Shown here: positions 39,768 to 50,064 of the stretch, piece by piece
Layout: each line of letters opens with the position of its first letter
Position numbering within the stretch: the first letter of the stretch is position 1
Virus record (IMG/VR): IMGVR_UViG_3300047323_000320
Location: 484-64,483 of that record
DNA from: a virus
Lineage: Duplodnaviria; Caudoviricetes
DNA: 64,000 nucleotides
Direction: 5' to 3' (one strand)
Made by a program: the position numbers and the translations under genes
Notes under the pieces: model-generated
The model's input: the letters and a program-made list of their open reading frames with translations, nothing else
What the model was told of the DNA's origin: nothing
The model's database searches: none

Positions 39768-41864
39768 TTATTTCTGGTAGAACATTAGATCAGCCCCGTC
39801 CGCTGCAAGCGGCAGGCCAGCGAATCCCGGTTGCGGTTCACACATCAGATTTTCGACGTACACGACGCCTTCTGATTTTTTAGGGTCCTTTGCGGACGGC
39901 GCGGCCATCCAGTCGATGTCGACTTCCAGCACGTTCTCATCGTGAACCGAAAAGACGATCGGCAGCCCCAGGCGATCCAGCTTGAGCGAGGGCCGAATCA
40001 GGATGTCCACGCCGTTCGCCTGCGTGCGGTTCTGGAAAATCTTGCCGCCGAAAGTCTTTTGCGTTTTCCATTGGTGCGTGTACTGGTCGATGCCGTCGAA
40101 CACGATCGCATCGCGGCCGTACTTCTTGTCGAACTCGATGCGCGCGTTCGGATAGGCGAGCTTGCGCCCGCTCGGCAGCAGCTGGAAAAGCGTGTTGCTG
40201 CGGTACTCAAAACCATAGCGCTCACGCTGCACCACGCGCTTGTATTTGATCGACTCCATCGCATCGTCCTGCGTGCGATACCAGTTGTTCACCACGTTCG
40301 GGCTTTCCTTGCGCCACAGCTTCACGGCCGGCACCAGCTCATGCTCCTGCATGGCGTCCTTGCCTTCGAGCGCGCCCATGTTGACAAGTGCATTGGGGCC
40401 GCCCTGGTAGCCGCAGGCCAGCTCTGTGACCTTGCCTTTGGGACGCAGCTCGGCGCGCGGGCCGCCTTTCTTAATCAGCTCGATCGGCACCTTGAACATG
40501 CGCGACGCTGAGGCTTCGTAGATGAGCCCGTGTGTCCTGAACACTTCAAGACGCCATGCTTCCTGTGCGTCCCACGCGGTCAGGCGGGCTTCAATCGCGG
40601 AGAAGTCCACGGCAATGAAACGCTTGCCGGGTGCAGGAATAAAGGCAGTCCGAATCAATTCAGACAACACCTGCAGGATAGCTTCGCCCCACAGCAGTTT
40701 CAAGGTCGCAATGTCGCCGCCCTTAACGAGCGAGCGCGCCAGCTCCAGGTCAACGATGTGATTCTGCGGAAGATTCTGGATTTGTACGATGCGCCCTGCC
40801 CAGCGCCCGGTGCGCGCGGCACCATAGAACTGTAGCAGACCACGAATGCGGCCGTCGCGGCAGACGCTGCGCTGCATCGCGCGATACTTGGTGACTGACG
40901 ACTTGGCCATCAGCTGCCGCAGCTTCAGCACGCGCAGCGCGGCCGGCGACTTCACTGTGCCCAGCAGCTCTATCACGGTCTTTTTGCGCAAGTCCGTGAT
41001 ACGTGCTTCAACATCCAGTTCGGGGTTTATTTCGGCGTCCGCTTCGAGCTGCGCACGCTGGCGGTCCTCTTCTTCCTCGGCGTTGTTCAGCCAGTCAATC
41101 AGCTGCTTCACGCTGTTCGGGTTGCTCAGCCCCGTGACGCGTCGCGCTTCTTCGACCAGCTCGCCCTTGATGATGTCGTTGATGCGGATTGCGTTGTCGA
41201 CCAGCTCCGTGTCAATCATCACGCCGCGATCGTTGATACGTTGGTCCAGTGCCCACGCGGGCCACAGGCACGCCTGGTCATACTTCGCGAGGCGGCAGTA
41301 CAGACCGCGCTCGGCTTCAACGTCGCGTTTGTTGTAGAGCTTGAATCCTTCCCACGCTTCGGGGAAGTGGTGGGGCAGATTGCGCGTGCGGTAGCCGTGT
41401 TTCTTGAGCGGTTTCTTGATCGGTACGCAGAATTTTTTAATGCCGTCCTTGCCCACGTCGCCCATTTTCTGAATGGGCATATTCAGGACTTTGGCCTGCA
41501 TGGCAAGCGAACCGGGCAGACCCAGCGACATGCCCAGCACCATCGTGCAGCGCCATTGCTCGGGGTCGCAGTAGATACCGAAGTGTTTGTAGTACGCCTG
41601 GCGCTCGAACGCCGCGTTGAACGCGCGCTTGATTACCTTGGGGTCGCGCAGCGCGTCCAGGAACTCGGGCGGCACGGCCTCGCCTTGCGCGAGGTCGATG
41701 ACGGTTACAGGGTCATTGTCGAACGCATATGCGAGCAGCATTATCTCTGCGTCGTCCGCGTCCCAATACTTATACAGCCCGCATTTCTTCAAATCATTGG
41801 AACTGAACGTTTCAGTATCACTGAATAGCGTGCGTTCCTTGAACACAAACAAAGGTTGCGTCAT
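39768..41864 (-). CDS. Family A DNA polymerase (phage)
   Basis: Exonuclease DTET; motif A DFSAIEAR; motif B R..GKV.ELA.GY; motif C VHDE. Confidence 0.93.
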   Translation of the reverse strand: MTQPLFVFKERTLFSDTETFSSNDLKKCGLYKYWDADDAEIMLLAYAFDNDPVTVIDLAQGEAVPPEFLDALRDPKVIKRAFNAAFERQAYYKHFGIYCDPEQWRCTMVLGMSLGLPGSLAMQAKVLNMPIQKMGDVGKDGIKKFCVPIKKPLKKHGYRTRNLPHHFPEAWEGFKLYNKRDVEAERGLYCRLAKYDQACLWPAWALDQRINDRGVMIDTELVDNAIRINDIIKGELVEEARRVTGLSNPNSVKQLIDWLNNAEEEEDRQRAQLEADAEINPELDVEARITDLRKKTVIELLGTVKSPAALRVLKLRQLMAKSSVTKYRAMQRSVCRDGRIRGLLQFYGAARTGRWAGRIVQIQNLPQNHIVDLELARSLVKGGDIATLKLLWGEAILQVLSELIRTAFIPAPGKRFIAVDFSAIEARLTAWDAQEAWRLEVFRTHGLIYEASASRMFKVPIELIKKGGPRAELRPKGKVTELACGYQGGPNALVNMGALEGKDAMQEHELVPAVKLWRKESPNVVNNWYRTQDDAMESIKYKRVVQRERYGFEYRSNTLFQLLPSGRKLAYPNARIEFDKKYGRDAIVFDGIDQYTHQWKTQKTFGGKIFQNRTQANGVDILIRPSLKLDRLGLPIVFSVHDENVLEVDIDWMAAPSAKDPKKSEGVVYVENLMCEPQPGFAGLPLAADGADLMFYQK

Positions 41865-41912
41865 ACCCCGATCCCACACTGGTCCCGCCCGTTAGGGCTC
41901 CTAAACAGGCAG

Positions 41913-42242
41913 TTACGCTGCCTGGTTACTTTTTCTCATTGCTTCGTAGTGTTCCGTCACCAGCTCGGCGTGGCCGGCGATCGCATCGTGATACGTGGCA
42001 TAGCGGCGCGTCACTTCATCGGTGTAGTCCGCACCAATACGCGCCATCGTTTCGAAGAGAATCGGGACCCCTGGAACCTCACCCGTATCGCGGCCCAGGA
42101 AGATCGTTGAGACATAGCCCACTCCACCCAGGTCGGTCCAGCAAAGCTGGAGCCGCGCCCGGTCGTGCATGTACGCAGCGAACTCGCGGCGCGTGCGCGC
42201 ACGGCGTGGCGTTTGGCCCTCTAGCACATAAGCTGACTTCAC
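41913..42242 (-). CDS. Hypothetical protein, paralog of 46716..47237
   Basis: VSTIFLG.D...P.LFETM...RY.T...A..GH. Confidence 0.75.
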   Translation of the reverse strand: MKSAYVLEGQTPRRARTRREFAAYMHDRARLQLCWTDLGGVGYVSTIFLGRDTGEVPGVPILFETMARIGADYTDEVTRRYATYHDAIAGHAELVTEHYEAMRKSNQAA

Positions 42243-42371
42243 GTAGCTATCTCTCAGACATTCCGAACTCTCCGGCTCGGATTGGCATAGTAGCTTAAGA
42301 AAAACTCAAGTGGAAAGAATTTGTAAAATTCTCCAGATGTTTTGTCAGATTTACGGGTTAACGATGGGCGT

Positions 42372-42401
42372 AAAAAAGCCCCGCCAAAATAGGGGCGGGG
42401 C
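42372..42401 (-). terminator. Intrinsic terminator
   Basis: Minus strand GCCCCGCC...GGCGGGGC-TTTTTT. Confidence 0.75.
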
Positions 42402-42527
42402 AGAGGGGCCAAATACACGGCGAGAGACCGCATATTCAGGTGCTTCACCGGGGGCGATGAAGCGCCGACAGTGTACCGCACGAGTGGCTGTTTATGGCTA
42501 TTAAGGATATAACTAATTGTCATATCC

Positions 42528-42731
42528 TCAACTGGCCAGGTCTTTTCGCGCCTGTGCGGCGAGGCTTTCCAGGAACCCCGGAAGGAAGTGCATGAAGTCG
42601 TGCGTCCCTTTGGCCGCGACGCCGTGGCCGCGCTCGCCGTCGTACACGATCACGCAGATACCCTTGGCCTGAAGGCGCTCCATCAGCTCCAGTGCTTCGG
42701 GGTCGTACTTGCCAGGTCCGTTCAGTTTCAT
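42528..42731 (-). CDS. Hypothetical protein
   Basis: MKLNGPGKYD start, overlap-coupled. Confidence 0.6.
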   Translation of the reverse strand: MKLNGPGKYDPEALELMERLQAKGICVIVYDGERGHGVAAKGTHDFMHFLPGFLESLAAQARKDLAS

Positions 42732-43291
42732 TCGTCGTCCAGTGTCATTGAAAAGAGACCGCCAAAAGTCGTGTCCTCGGGCTCCAGTTCCCCCATTTCT
42801 GCGTGGCGCCTGGGCTTGTCGAATATCGGGCAGGCGCCGATGGTCGTGTAGCGGCAGGCGTGCAGAAATACCACGATCTTCTCTATCCTGTCGGGGTGCT
42901 GTGAAGGCGGCGTATGATCCAGCTTCCTGAACTCTTCGTCGCTGATTCCCTCGGGCCGCTCCACCTGCGTAAACCACGTTTCGTTGATCTGCACCACAAC
43001 GTCCGGCAGCGGTACGTCGAATTCGACGGCCATCTTGCGAACGAGCGAACCTGGGGTAGTGAGTTGCTGGAGCAGGTGGCGCATCCCGTCCTTGTGGAGC
43101 GTGCCATCGAAGAACAGTTCGGCCACCTTGCTCAGTGAAAAGGTCTTGTCGATTGTTCCCGGCTCTTTGCCCAGCTTCACGCCATAGAGCTGCGGCGGGT
43201 GCTTGCCCGACATGTTGAAGCGCTTCACAGCCTTGTCACCGTACAGCTTGAACAGGGCTTCAAAGTCGGCGCGTATGATGTCGCGGCTCAT
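42728..43291 (-). CDS. Hypothetical protein
   Basis: 187 aa; PPSQHPDR.E motif; coupled to hns. Confidence 0.7.
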   Translation of the reverse strand: MSRDIIRADFEALFKLYGDKAVKRFNMSGKHPPQLYGVKLGKEPGTIDKTFSLSKVAELFFDGTLHKDGMRHLLQQLTTPGSLVRKMAVEFDVPLPDVVVQINETWFTQVERPEGISDEEFRKLDHTPPSQHPDRIEKIVVFLHACRYTTIGACPIFDKPRRHAEMGELEPEDTTFGGLFSMTLDDE

Positions 43292-43623
43292 GCTTCTTCC
43301 TTAATCAGGTACTCGTCCGGCTGTCCGTCGAGCCATGCAGGTGGTCTGCCACGGCCGGACCACGTTGCGCCGGTCTCAGGGTCCCGATACAGCGGCGGGC
43401 GCGCCTGCGGCTTCGCCTTGACCCTGAAGGTGCGCCCGTCACGGCCGCGCTTGATCTGCTGCGTCTTGACCAGGCCCAGCTCGTAGGCCGTAAAGTCGAA
43501 CTCGGCAATCTTCGCCTTCAGTTCCTCCAGCGCTGCCGCGCGTGCTTCTTCGCGCAGCGGCGCGAGCTGCGCGTCCAGCGCCTCAAGCTGCTCGATCAGC
43601 TGCCGCAGGGTGTAGTTACTCAT
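43288..43623 (-). CDS. hns: H-NS-family nucleoid protein (Bv3F-like)
   Basis: YRDPETGATWSGRGRPPAW. Confidence 0.92.
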   Translation of the reverse strand: MSNYTLRQLIEQLEALDAQLAPLREEARAAALEELKAKIAEFDFTAYELGLVKTQQIKRGRDGRTFRVKAKPQARPPLYRDPETGATWSGRGRPPAWLDGQPDEYLIKEEA

Positions 43624-43675
43624 TTCCACTTTCGTCCGTGCTGAGCGTTTGTCATGTTGTTCGGTCTCCTACCTA

Positions 43676-43703
43676 ATTTGACATAAAAAGAATTAGCAAC
43701 TTT
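43676..43703 (-). other. dif-like XerC/XerD site 2
   Basis: Minus strand AAAGTTGCTAA-TTCTTT-TTATGTCAAAT. The left arm matches site 1 at 9/11. Confidence 0.6.
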
Positions 43704-45396
43704 TCATCTGCGCTTCACGCGCTTCCTGTTGCAGCGACTGCAGAACCTTCAACAGCGCCGCGTGCCGGTCGCGCAAGCGCTCGATGTCATCTTCCAGGTC
43801 ATCAAGCTCCTGCTGCAGCTCTTCAATCTCACTCATGGCCAGGCGCTGGCACGATGTGGCAACCGATCTTGAACGTATCGCAGCAGTCGTTCCAGCCGCG
43901 TGCATACTCCGTGCGCTGCCGCATGGTGTCCAGCTGGGTTATCTCAACGATGCGCGGGAAGTTTTGCGCCATGTCATCGGGCGTCGCGATCGCCGCGCAG
44001 ACCGCCCACGAATGCACTTCGTTGATGATGGATTCCAGGTGCTGAATCCGGCCCCGCAGCTCGTCAATTTCGCTCATGTCCACCTAGCCAAAAGTCGCGC
44101 CGCTTCCAAAGCGCATAGATCGCCACGCTCGCGGCGCCGCAGAGCATGGCAAGCGTGAAGGTCCGTGGAACGAATACCCACCAGGGCGCGTTGCGCTTCT
44201 CCCACAACAGCCACACCTGGGCGCCCACGGCGAACAGCTCACCGACGATCACGAACCAGAACGTGTAGCGCAGGCTCATTGCTTGCCGTGCAGCACGAAC
44301 ATACCGGGCACGATCGGCGTGACGTGAACGGCGTGCGGCGTGTCTATGCAAATGTCGCCATACTGCGGGTGCGTGTACATGCCAATGAACCCCTCACGCG
44401 TCTTGCCGTACAGCGTGAATTCCGTGCCGGCCGGTATGTCCAGGTCGACATCATGCACGGCCAGATACACCAGGTAAGGCTCTGTCAGGATCGCGCGCTC
44501 ATTGGTCATAGCCAGGTCCCTACGATTTGCGGCGGGTCGCCGTCGCTGCGCGTCATGAAAATCATGTGCGGGTACGTCATGATGAAAAACGCCTCGATCT
44601 GCTCAAAGGTCTCGGCGTAAATTATGGCGTCGGTCGGCTCTTCGCCCTGCGCCGTCGCCAGCCACTGCCGCGCCGCATACCCCTGGGGATAGTCCAGCGG
44701 GCGCTCATACACGGTCCACATGCGCAGGGGTTCGGCGTTCACTTGGGCCCCGTCGAAAACTTGTAGCTTTTGGCGGGCGCCGTGGCCATGCTCGCCGGGT
44801 ACTCCAGCACGCGATAGCCGCGCTTCGCAAAGCCGTCGCGGCCCTTGTACGGCATGTGACTGGCATCGTCCAGCAGCTTCGCCCACGCTTCGTCAGCCGT
44901 GTCGCCAGGCAGCCACGTCACAACCGTGCCTGCGGGAGTCACGGGAAACCACTTCTTACTCATTCGTCGTTCTCCGTTTGGGCCTTCTTTGCCGTTGATA
45001 ACAACACTCGTAGGGCTATCTCGGCCTCTAGTGGCGTGCAGGCGTAACCGTCGCCGCGCCGGATCGTCACGGTGTACTCAGCAGCCGGCACGCTGTAGAT
45101 ACCCATGGGTGGCGGCTCGGCGTCGGCATCAGCTATAACCAGGTTGATTTGGGTCATTGCTGTTCCTTGTCGAATTGCGCGAGCCCGTCCATACCCAGCT
45201 TGCGACGCAGGCTGTCGCGTCCAGCAGCGGCGCCCAGCAGGAACTGCGCACCGGGCATCGCGTCGATCTGATACTGGATGTACGCAATCTGCTTCGGGCT
45301 TGTCGCTTCCTTGCGCAGCTGCTGCAGCTCTTCGTAATACGCCTGCAGCGCCTTGCCTGCTGCGAAGCACAGTTCGGTCGTGGTCAGGTCTGTCAT
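43693..45396 (-). CDS. Cluster of eight small coupled hypothetical genes (43693-43836, 43829-44083, 44064-44279, 44276-44509, 44506-~44742, 44739-44963, 44960-45157, 45154-45396)
   Basis: Head-to-tail minus-strand ORFs with overlapping start and stop codons. Confidence 0.65.
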
Positions 45397-45758
45397 TCCA
45401 GCTCCTTCAGTGCGTTGAACTGCTCGTAGCCGTTCCTGCAGATGCGGTAGCGGCGCTTTGATAGCGGGTTCACCAGCTCGGGCCGCAGGTTCTCAACGAG
45501 GACGCCCGTACAGCCCAGCTGCTGCGCGCAGAATTCGATGTCGGCCAGCAAGTCCGAGAACACACCCTGCCCGCGCCTGCCCTCTTTCACCGTCACGTCA
45601 GCGAGCGTCAGGACGTGATAGCGCCGCCCCAGGAACTCGCGCGGGCCCATGCGCAGATATACGTCGAAGTCGCGATCGTGAAACCACCGTCGCTCACCGT
45701 CCTCGGCGTCCGTGAACACGTTCATGACCGGCATCAGAAACCGTTGCGCCTCTATCAT
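45393..45758 (-). CDS. GNAT-like protein
   Basis: DVTV....RGQGVF..LL..IE resembles acetyl-CoA-binding motif A. Confidence 0.55.
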   Translation of the reverse strand: MIEAQRFLMPVMNVFTDAEDGERRWFHDRDFDVYLRMGPREFLGRRYHVLTLADVTVKEGRRGQGVFSDLLADIEFCAQQLGCTGVLVENLRPELVNPLSKRRYRICRNGYEQFNALKELE

Positions 45759-45765
45759 TCGCGCC

Positions 45766-46719
45766 TCAGAAGTTGACGTACTCTGTCGCCGGGTCGCCGT
45801 TCTCGCGGCGCCTGCCTGTATCAGGGTGCCGATGCCAGCCCCAGGGCTCGGTGCCCTCTTCGCCGTTCCAGTCCGCGAGCGCTGCGGCCGCGCGTGCATA
45901 CGAGTCGTAACACCAGCGGTCGCCATAGCCCCAGCGCGTCAGGTCCGACAGAATTGCGTAGGTGTATGCGAACCTGTTGATCGCCGCGTCGCGGCCGTTC
46001 TCGAAGCGCTTGTAATCGGTGTAGCCGCACTCTGCGCAGATAGCCTCGCCGGCCTCGGCGTCGAGCCGTTCATGGTCCTCAATCTTTATCATTTCAGTGC
46101 AAGTCTCCCTTAACCTTCGCCAGTACCTCGGTCGCGTCCAGCACTTCCGCGCCCTGTTCGACACTGCTGGCCATGGCGTTAAGCAGGCCCGTCATCATTG
46201 CCAGAAACTTGCCCGCAGCCGCGTCGCTGGGCGCGCCCATGGACTTCAGCACGTTGACGCACGCATCGCGGTTGACCTTGAGCAGCATCACGGTTTGGTC
46301 GATGGATTGCACCGTCAGCTTGCGCGCCCGCTCTTCGTTGAATTCCTTGGTCATTTCGGCAGAAACTCCTGCAGGTTCTCGCGCAAGTCCGCTGCAAATG
46401 CAGGGTCCAGTTCCTCAATCTCGCGGATGTAGGCGGCCAGCTCTTCGGGGCCCTTGATGTGGCGGCCCTGCTCGCGTATGCGCTGCCAGCTCGCCAGCTC
46501 AGCCTCGGCCCGCCGCACGTCCTGATGAACGCCGCCGACAAGGTGGCCCATCTTGTAAAGGTTGTAGACGCACAGGGGCACGCCCAGCGCATTCAGCGCG
46601 TTGATCCACATGCTATGGCCGTAGAAGTCCAGCAGGCCGCGTATGAAAATCCAGATGCACAGCGCCTGCGACAGCATATGCACCACGGGTAGCCAGTAGA
46701 GCCGAACGTAACGTTTCAT
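45766..46719 (-). CDS. Three hypothetical genes (45766-46092, 46094-46354, 46351-46719; the last is a membrane protein)
   Basis: Coupled ORFs. The first has a RWCY...EP.GWHRHP.TGRRR motif. Confidence 0.65.
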
Positions 46720-47237
46720 TCACCCTTCCCCTTCAGCGCGTCGAGCTGCGCCACGGTCGCGCGCACATGCGCCGCGACTTCGGCATGGCCTCGCATCGCT
46801 TCGTCATAGGTGGAGTAGCGGCGCTGCGTCAGCTCTTCGTGAATCTCGCGCTCACGGTCGCCGAACAGCTTGACCCTTTTCGTCGCCGCCGAGAACGCCA
46901 TGGTTTCGAACACGAGCGGCGGCCCGCTGCCAAAACCATGGTCAAGTCCCAGGAAAACCGTCGAGACCAGGCAGCCTTCGATGGTCTCCTGCTTGAGGAC
47001 GCGGTTATCGAACCGCTCGAACTCGCGCGCCCATTCCAGCGTCGCCTCTTCGTCAGCGCCGCCAAGTGGGCTGATAGTGTGGTCCGCGTTCAGGCGCCAG
47101 TACAGCGGGCGTGCCAGCGCGTGCAGGGCCGCCGGCACTTGCCGCACCTGGGCGAGCTGGCGCGGCACGGCGGTGTACGAATACAGCGCGTCCATGCTGC
47201 GCTCGGTCTGCCGCTTGGCGTGTTGCGCGACTTTCAT
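46716..47237 (-). CDS. Hypothetical protein, paralog of 41913..42242
   Basis: VSTVFLGLDH.F..GPPL.FETM...RYSTYDEA..GH. Confidence 0.7.
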   Translation of the reverse strand: MKVAQHAKRQTERSMDALYSYTAVPRQLAQVRQVPAALHALARPLYWRLNADHTISPLGGADEEATLEWAREFERFDNRVLKQETIEGCLVSTVFLGLDHGFGSGPPLVFETMAFSAATKRVKLFGDREREIHEELTQRRYSTYDEAMRGHAEVAAHVRATVAQLDALKGKGE

Positions 47238-47310
47238 GGGGACTGCCCGGTAAGAAAACCGTGGATTTTACAGCTAGTTGAGCTTCTGTTAATGAGATTT
47301 CAAAAGCTGG

Positions 47311-48222
47311 TTAATTCCCTTCCAACAAAAGTGACGCCTGCCCTATCGGGTTCTTCTGCACCTTGATTAGGTCGCCATCAGCGAGCGCCCACGCTTGGAT
47401 GAACCCTTCCTTCTTCAACGAGTCCAGCGCGGTTTTCAGCTGCTGTCTGAATGCAGGAAGGCTCTTTTGCTGACTGCCGCATAACTCTCGGAGCGTAGCC
47501 ACTGAGTAAGGATAGATCGGGTCAGAATGCGTGGCGTAGAAGGCGTGCAGATGTTGGGCCAATGGCTTCAGCTTCATTCGAACCATGTAGTCAATAAGTG
47601 TCATGTCTGCGCCAGTTAGCAACAACGCCATGCGTGGCTCCAGATAGATGTTCCAGGGGAGGTCAGGGCTCCGGTCATCTACGACATCAATCGTTTGGAT
47701 CAGGTGAGAGCCATATATGGGGCGCCATTTCTTCCCTTTGCTCAGCGTCACTTCGCGCTCAACGATCACGGTCCCCTTCAGAAGCCGCCAGTACGATTGG
47801 CGCAGGCGCTCATAGTTCTCGCCGGTGTTCTCCCAATGAAGCCAATCCAAGGCCGCGTTCCCCGTTATCTTCACGATCGTTTGAAGGTCCACCTTCCGCG
47901 CCATGTGCACCAGGTTCATAAACACGTCGTGATCGTCCTGCCTCAGCTCCGGGCCGGAATAGGTGATGCGAATGTTCTTAAGCGTGGCTACCGGCCGGTT
48001 CTCATAGTTTTGACGCGGCAGCAATTTCGCAGACGACTGGAACAAAGCACTGCGCGCTAGGTCTTTCGATATTCCGCGCAAGTGGTCCGCCCAATTGGCG
48101 AGCCGCTTTTCTAGCTCACTGTCTAGCGCTTCTAGCTCTTTCTCATCGCTCAACGTTAAGGCGCGCTCAGCCATTTCTCGCACGAGCGCGTTCACATTTC
48201 TCTCGTTTCCCATTAGTGCCAA
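47311..48222 (-). CDS. trfA: Plasmid replication initiator, TrfA family
   Basis: W....RG....ARSALF, I.YSG.EL.Q.D.DV, LA..LH.FYATH..YP.SV.TL..LCGS; iterons adjacent. Confidence 0.85.
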   Translation of the reverse strand: MALMGNERNVNALVREMAERALTLSDEKELEALDSELEKRLANWADHLRGISKDLARSALFQSSAKLLPRQNYENRPVATLKNIRITYSGPELRQDDHDVFMNLVHMARKVDLQTIVKITGNAALDWLHWENTGENYERLRQSYWRLLKGTVIVEREVTLSKGKKWRPIYGSHLIQTIDVVDDRSPDLPWNIYLEPRMALLLTGADMTLIDYMVRMKLKPLAQHLHAFYATHSDPIYPYSVATLRELCGSQQKSLPAFRQQLKTALDSLKKEGFIQAWALADGDLIKVQKNPIGQASLLLEGN

Positions 48223-48227
48223 ATCCC

Positions 48228-48454
48228 TGTGGATATCTCCAAGATTGGAGGGTTAACGATACGTCGTTTCGAATATGTCTGACGAAGGATCAAATATGGT
48301 TTACGTCGTTTCGAATATGGGTTTACGTCGTTTCGAATATGTCACATGTTTGAATTCATCAGCGTAAACAGTGCTTTGCCTTGGTTATCAACAGCCTATA
48401 AGCATTTCTTTAAGCATACTTATAAGCAGTAAACCGTCACCGCCCTGTGGACAA
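48228..48454. promoter_or_regulatory. Iteron-type plasmid origin
   Basis: TACGTCGTTTCGAATATG at 48260, 48302 and 48324, with a degenerate copy at 48281 (21-22 bp period). AT-rich TAAGCA repeats. DnaA-box-like 9-mers at 48228, 48385 and 48446. Confidence 0.85.
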
Positions 48455-48468
48455 CTCGAAGCGCGAAG

Positions 48469-48804
48469 TCACAGTATCGGGCCGCGCACATTGGTCCAGC
48501 CGATCCATTTGCGCACGGTCTCAAGTGGCGTGCGCGCGCTCGCGTTGTAGCCTGCGCTACCCTGCCCGATCCACAGCGCTCGGCCTCCCAGCACGTCGCC
48601 GGGGTACGTCAGGCACGCGAAGTAACGCTGGTCCGGCTTGAACTTCCCTTCCTCGTCCAGGTAGAGCATGTCGCCCTGGCTGTCTATCGGGTACGCGCCC
48701 TGGATCACACTGCAGTGCAGCTTCGCGAGAATGTCGTCCAGGCTCGCGTCCGTTTCGACTTCAGTGATTTTCTGAATGAACGGGTCGATCAGATACGCGC
48801 GCAT
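48469..48804 (-). CDS. DUF3846-like protein
   Basis: AYLIDP...I.EV...LY.DEEG....G.A..IG pattern. Confidence 0.6.
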   Translation of the reverse strand: MRAYLIDPFIQKITEVETDASLDDILAKLHCSVIQGAYPIDSQGDMLYLDEEGKFKPDQRYFACLTYPGDVLGGRALWIGQGSAGYNASARTPLETVRKWIGWTNVRGPIL

Positions 48805-48807
48805 CCC

Positions 48808-49005
48808 CTACCCCTTCGCTTCGTTCACGAAACGCGCAATCGCGCCGATCAAAGCCTCAGCCCGATCGTCGGCCGGCGGCGTCAGGCCCCACTCGCGCAT
48901 CAGGTCGGCAACGGCCCTGAACGAGCTATCGACCAGTGCTTTCTCTCCGTCGTTCATCATTTCGTACGCGAAGTGATACGACTTGTCTTGGTGTGTCAGC
49001 GGCAT
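48808..49005 (-). CDS. Hypothetical protein
   Basis: GGAG SD before MPLTHQDK. Confidence 0.6.
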   Translation of the reverse strand: MPLTHQDKSYHFAYEMMNDGEKALVDSSFRAVADLMREWGLTPPADDRAEALIGAIARFVNEAKG

Positions 49006-49042
49006 GTGAAGGTCTCCAAAAAGCAGTTTTGCAGGAAGGGGG

Positions 49043-49429
49043 TCAGCCAAGGTGTTCGCCGCGCTCAATGGCCGCTGCCAGAGCCGCCGCTGCAGGGGCC
49101 GTCGACTCAACAATCACATCGGTCATGGTCCGGCCGCCGAACTTCTCGATCAGTTGCAGGTTGTCGTACAGCTCTTCGGGGACACGAATGGTCATCGGAA
49201 TGCGCTTCGGCTTTTTCACCACGTAACGGCGAAAACCGCCCTGAACGGGCTGGACGGGTCCAGGTGGGGTCGACGTAGCCTCAACGACCGCCGTGCCCGT
49301 GGCGGGCTGATTTTGGGCCTCAGAAGCGATTTTTGCAGGCTCGCCCTTCTCTGCTTCCGCAATCCGGCGTGCGGCTTCCTGTTTTTCGGTCGGGCTCGGG
49401 GTCATGGGGGCGGGTTTTCTCGTACTCAT
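49043..49429 (-). CDS. Ribbon-helix-helix centromere-binding protein (ParG-like)
   Basis: Disordered N-terminus plus IPMTIRVPEELY..L.......TMTDVI; coupled to parA. Confidence 0.7.
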   Translation of the reverse strand: MSTRKPAPMTPSPTEKQEAARRIAEAEKGEPAKIASEAQNQPATGTAVVEATSTPPGPVQPVQGGFRRYVVKKPKRIPMTIRVPEELYDNLQLIEKFGGRTMTDVIVESTAPAAAALAAAIERGEHLG

Positions 49430-50064
49430 GCAAATAGCTCCTCAAACAGGGCGTTCAGGTTTTGTGTGGCCTTCCCCTCGGTGTCTGCCTCGGGCACAGC
49501 AAGGCCGCGCGTAATGGCGTCACGAAACACGCCCCGACCGACGAGCGCCGTTTCGCACGGCTGAAAGTATGCCATGTAGTTGTTAAGGGCAGCACGCGTG
49601 CTGCGCACATCTATGCTGTTCTTGTGATACGGCACGTTGTTCAGAACGATGCGCGACCGGAAGGCGATGCCGGCTGACTTGAAACTGTCGAGCATGGCGG
49701 TCATGTCGTCCAGCGCCCACACGTCGAACTGGCTGGGCGCCATGGGAACCACAAGGTCATCGGCAAATGCGAGCGCGTGGGCGGCTTCGGGGCCACGCTT
49801 CCCGCCGACATCCACTATAACCACATCGCTTTCAGTGCGCGCTGCTTCAAGGTCGCCCGTAATGTCGCCTGTGCCGACGCGGTAATGAACGCGTGGCAAT
49901 ACGCCCAGGTTGTCGCGCAGCAGGGACCACTTATGCGCGCTTCTCTGCCTGTCTGCATCGAATAGCGTAACCGTGCGCTTCCGTGCGGAGAACATGACGG
50001 CAAGGTTGGTAGACACGGTGCTTTTCCCCACGCCACCTTTCGGGTTGGCCACAACGATGAACAT
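49426..50064 (-). CDS. parA: ParA-family partition ATPase (type Ib, no N-terminal HTH)
   Basis: KGGVGKST, DAD.Q.S, VIVD.G and VP..PS.FD motifs. Confidence 0.92.
   Translation of the reverse strand: MFIVVANPKGGVGKSTVSTNLAVMFSARKRTVTLFDADRQRSAHKWSLLRDNLGVLPRVHYRVGTGDITGDLEAARTESDVVIVDVGGKRGPEAAHALAFADDLVVPMAPSQFDVWALDDMTAMLDSFKSAGIAFRSRIVLNNVPYHKNSIDVRSTRAALNNYMAYFQPCETALVGRGVFRDAITRGLAVPEADTEGKATQNLNALFEELFA

Noticed and set aside
42323-42350. Possible third dif-like site (TTTTGTCAGAT)
   Set aside because: XerD-like arm only; the left arm lacks the inner TAA
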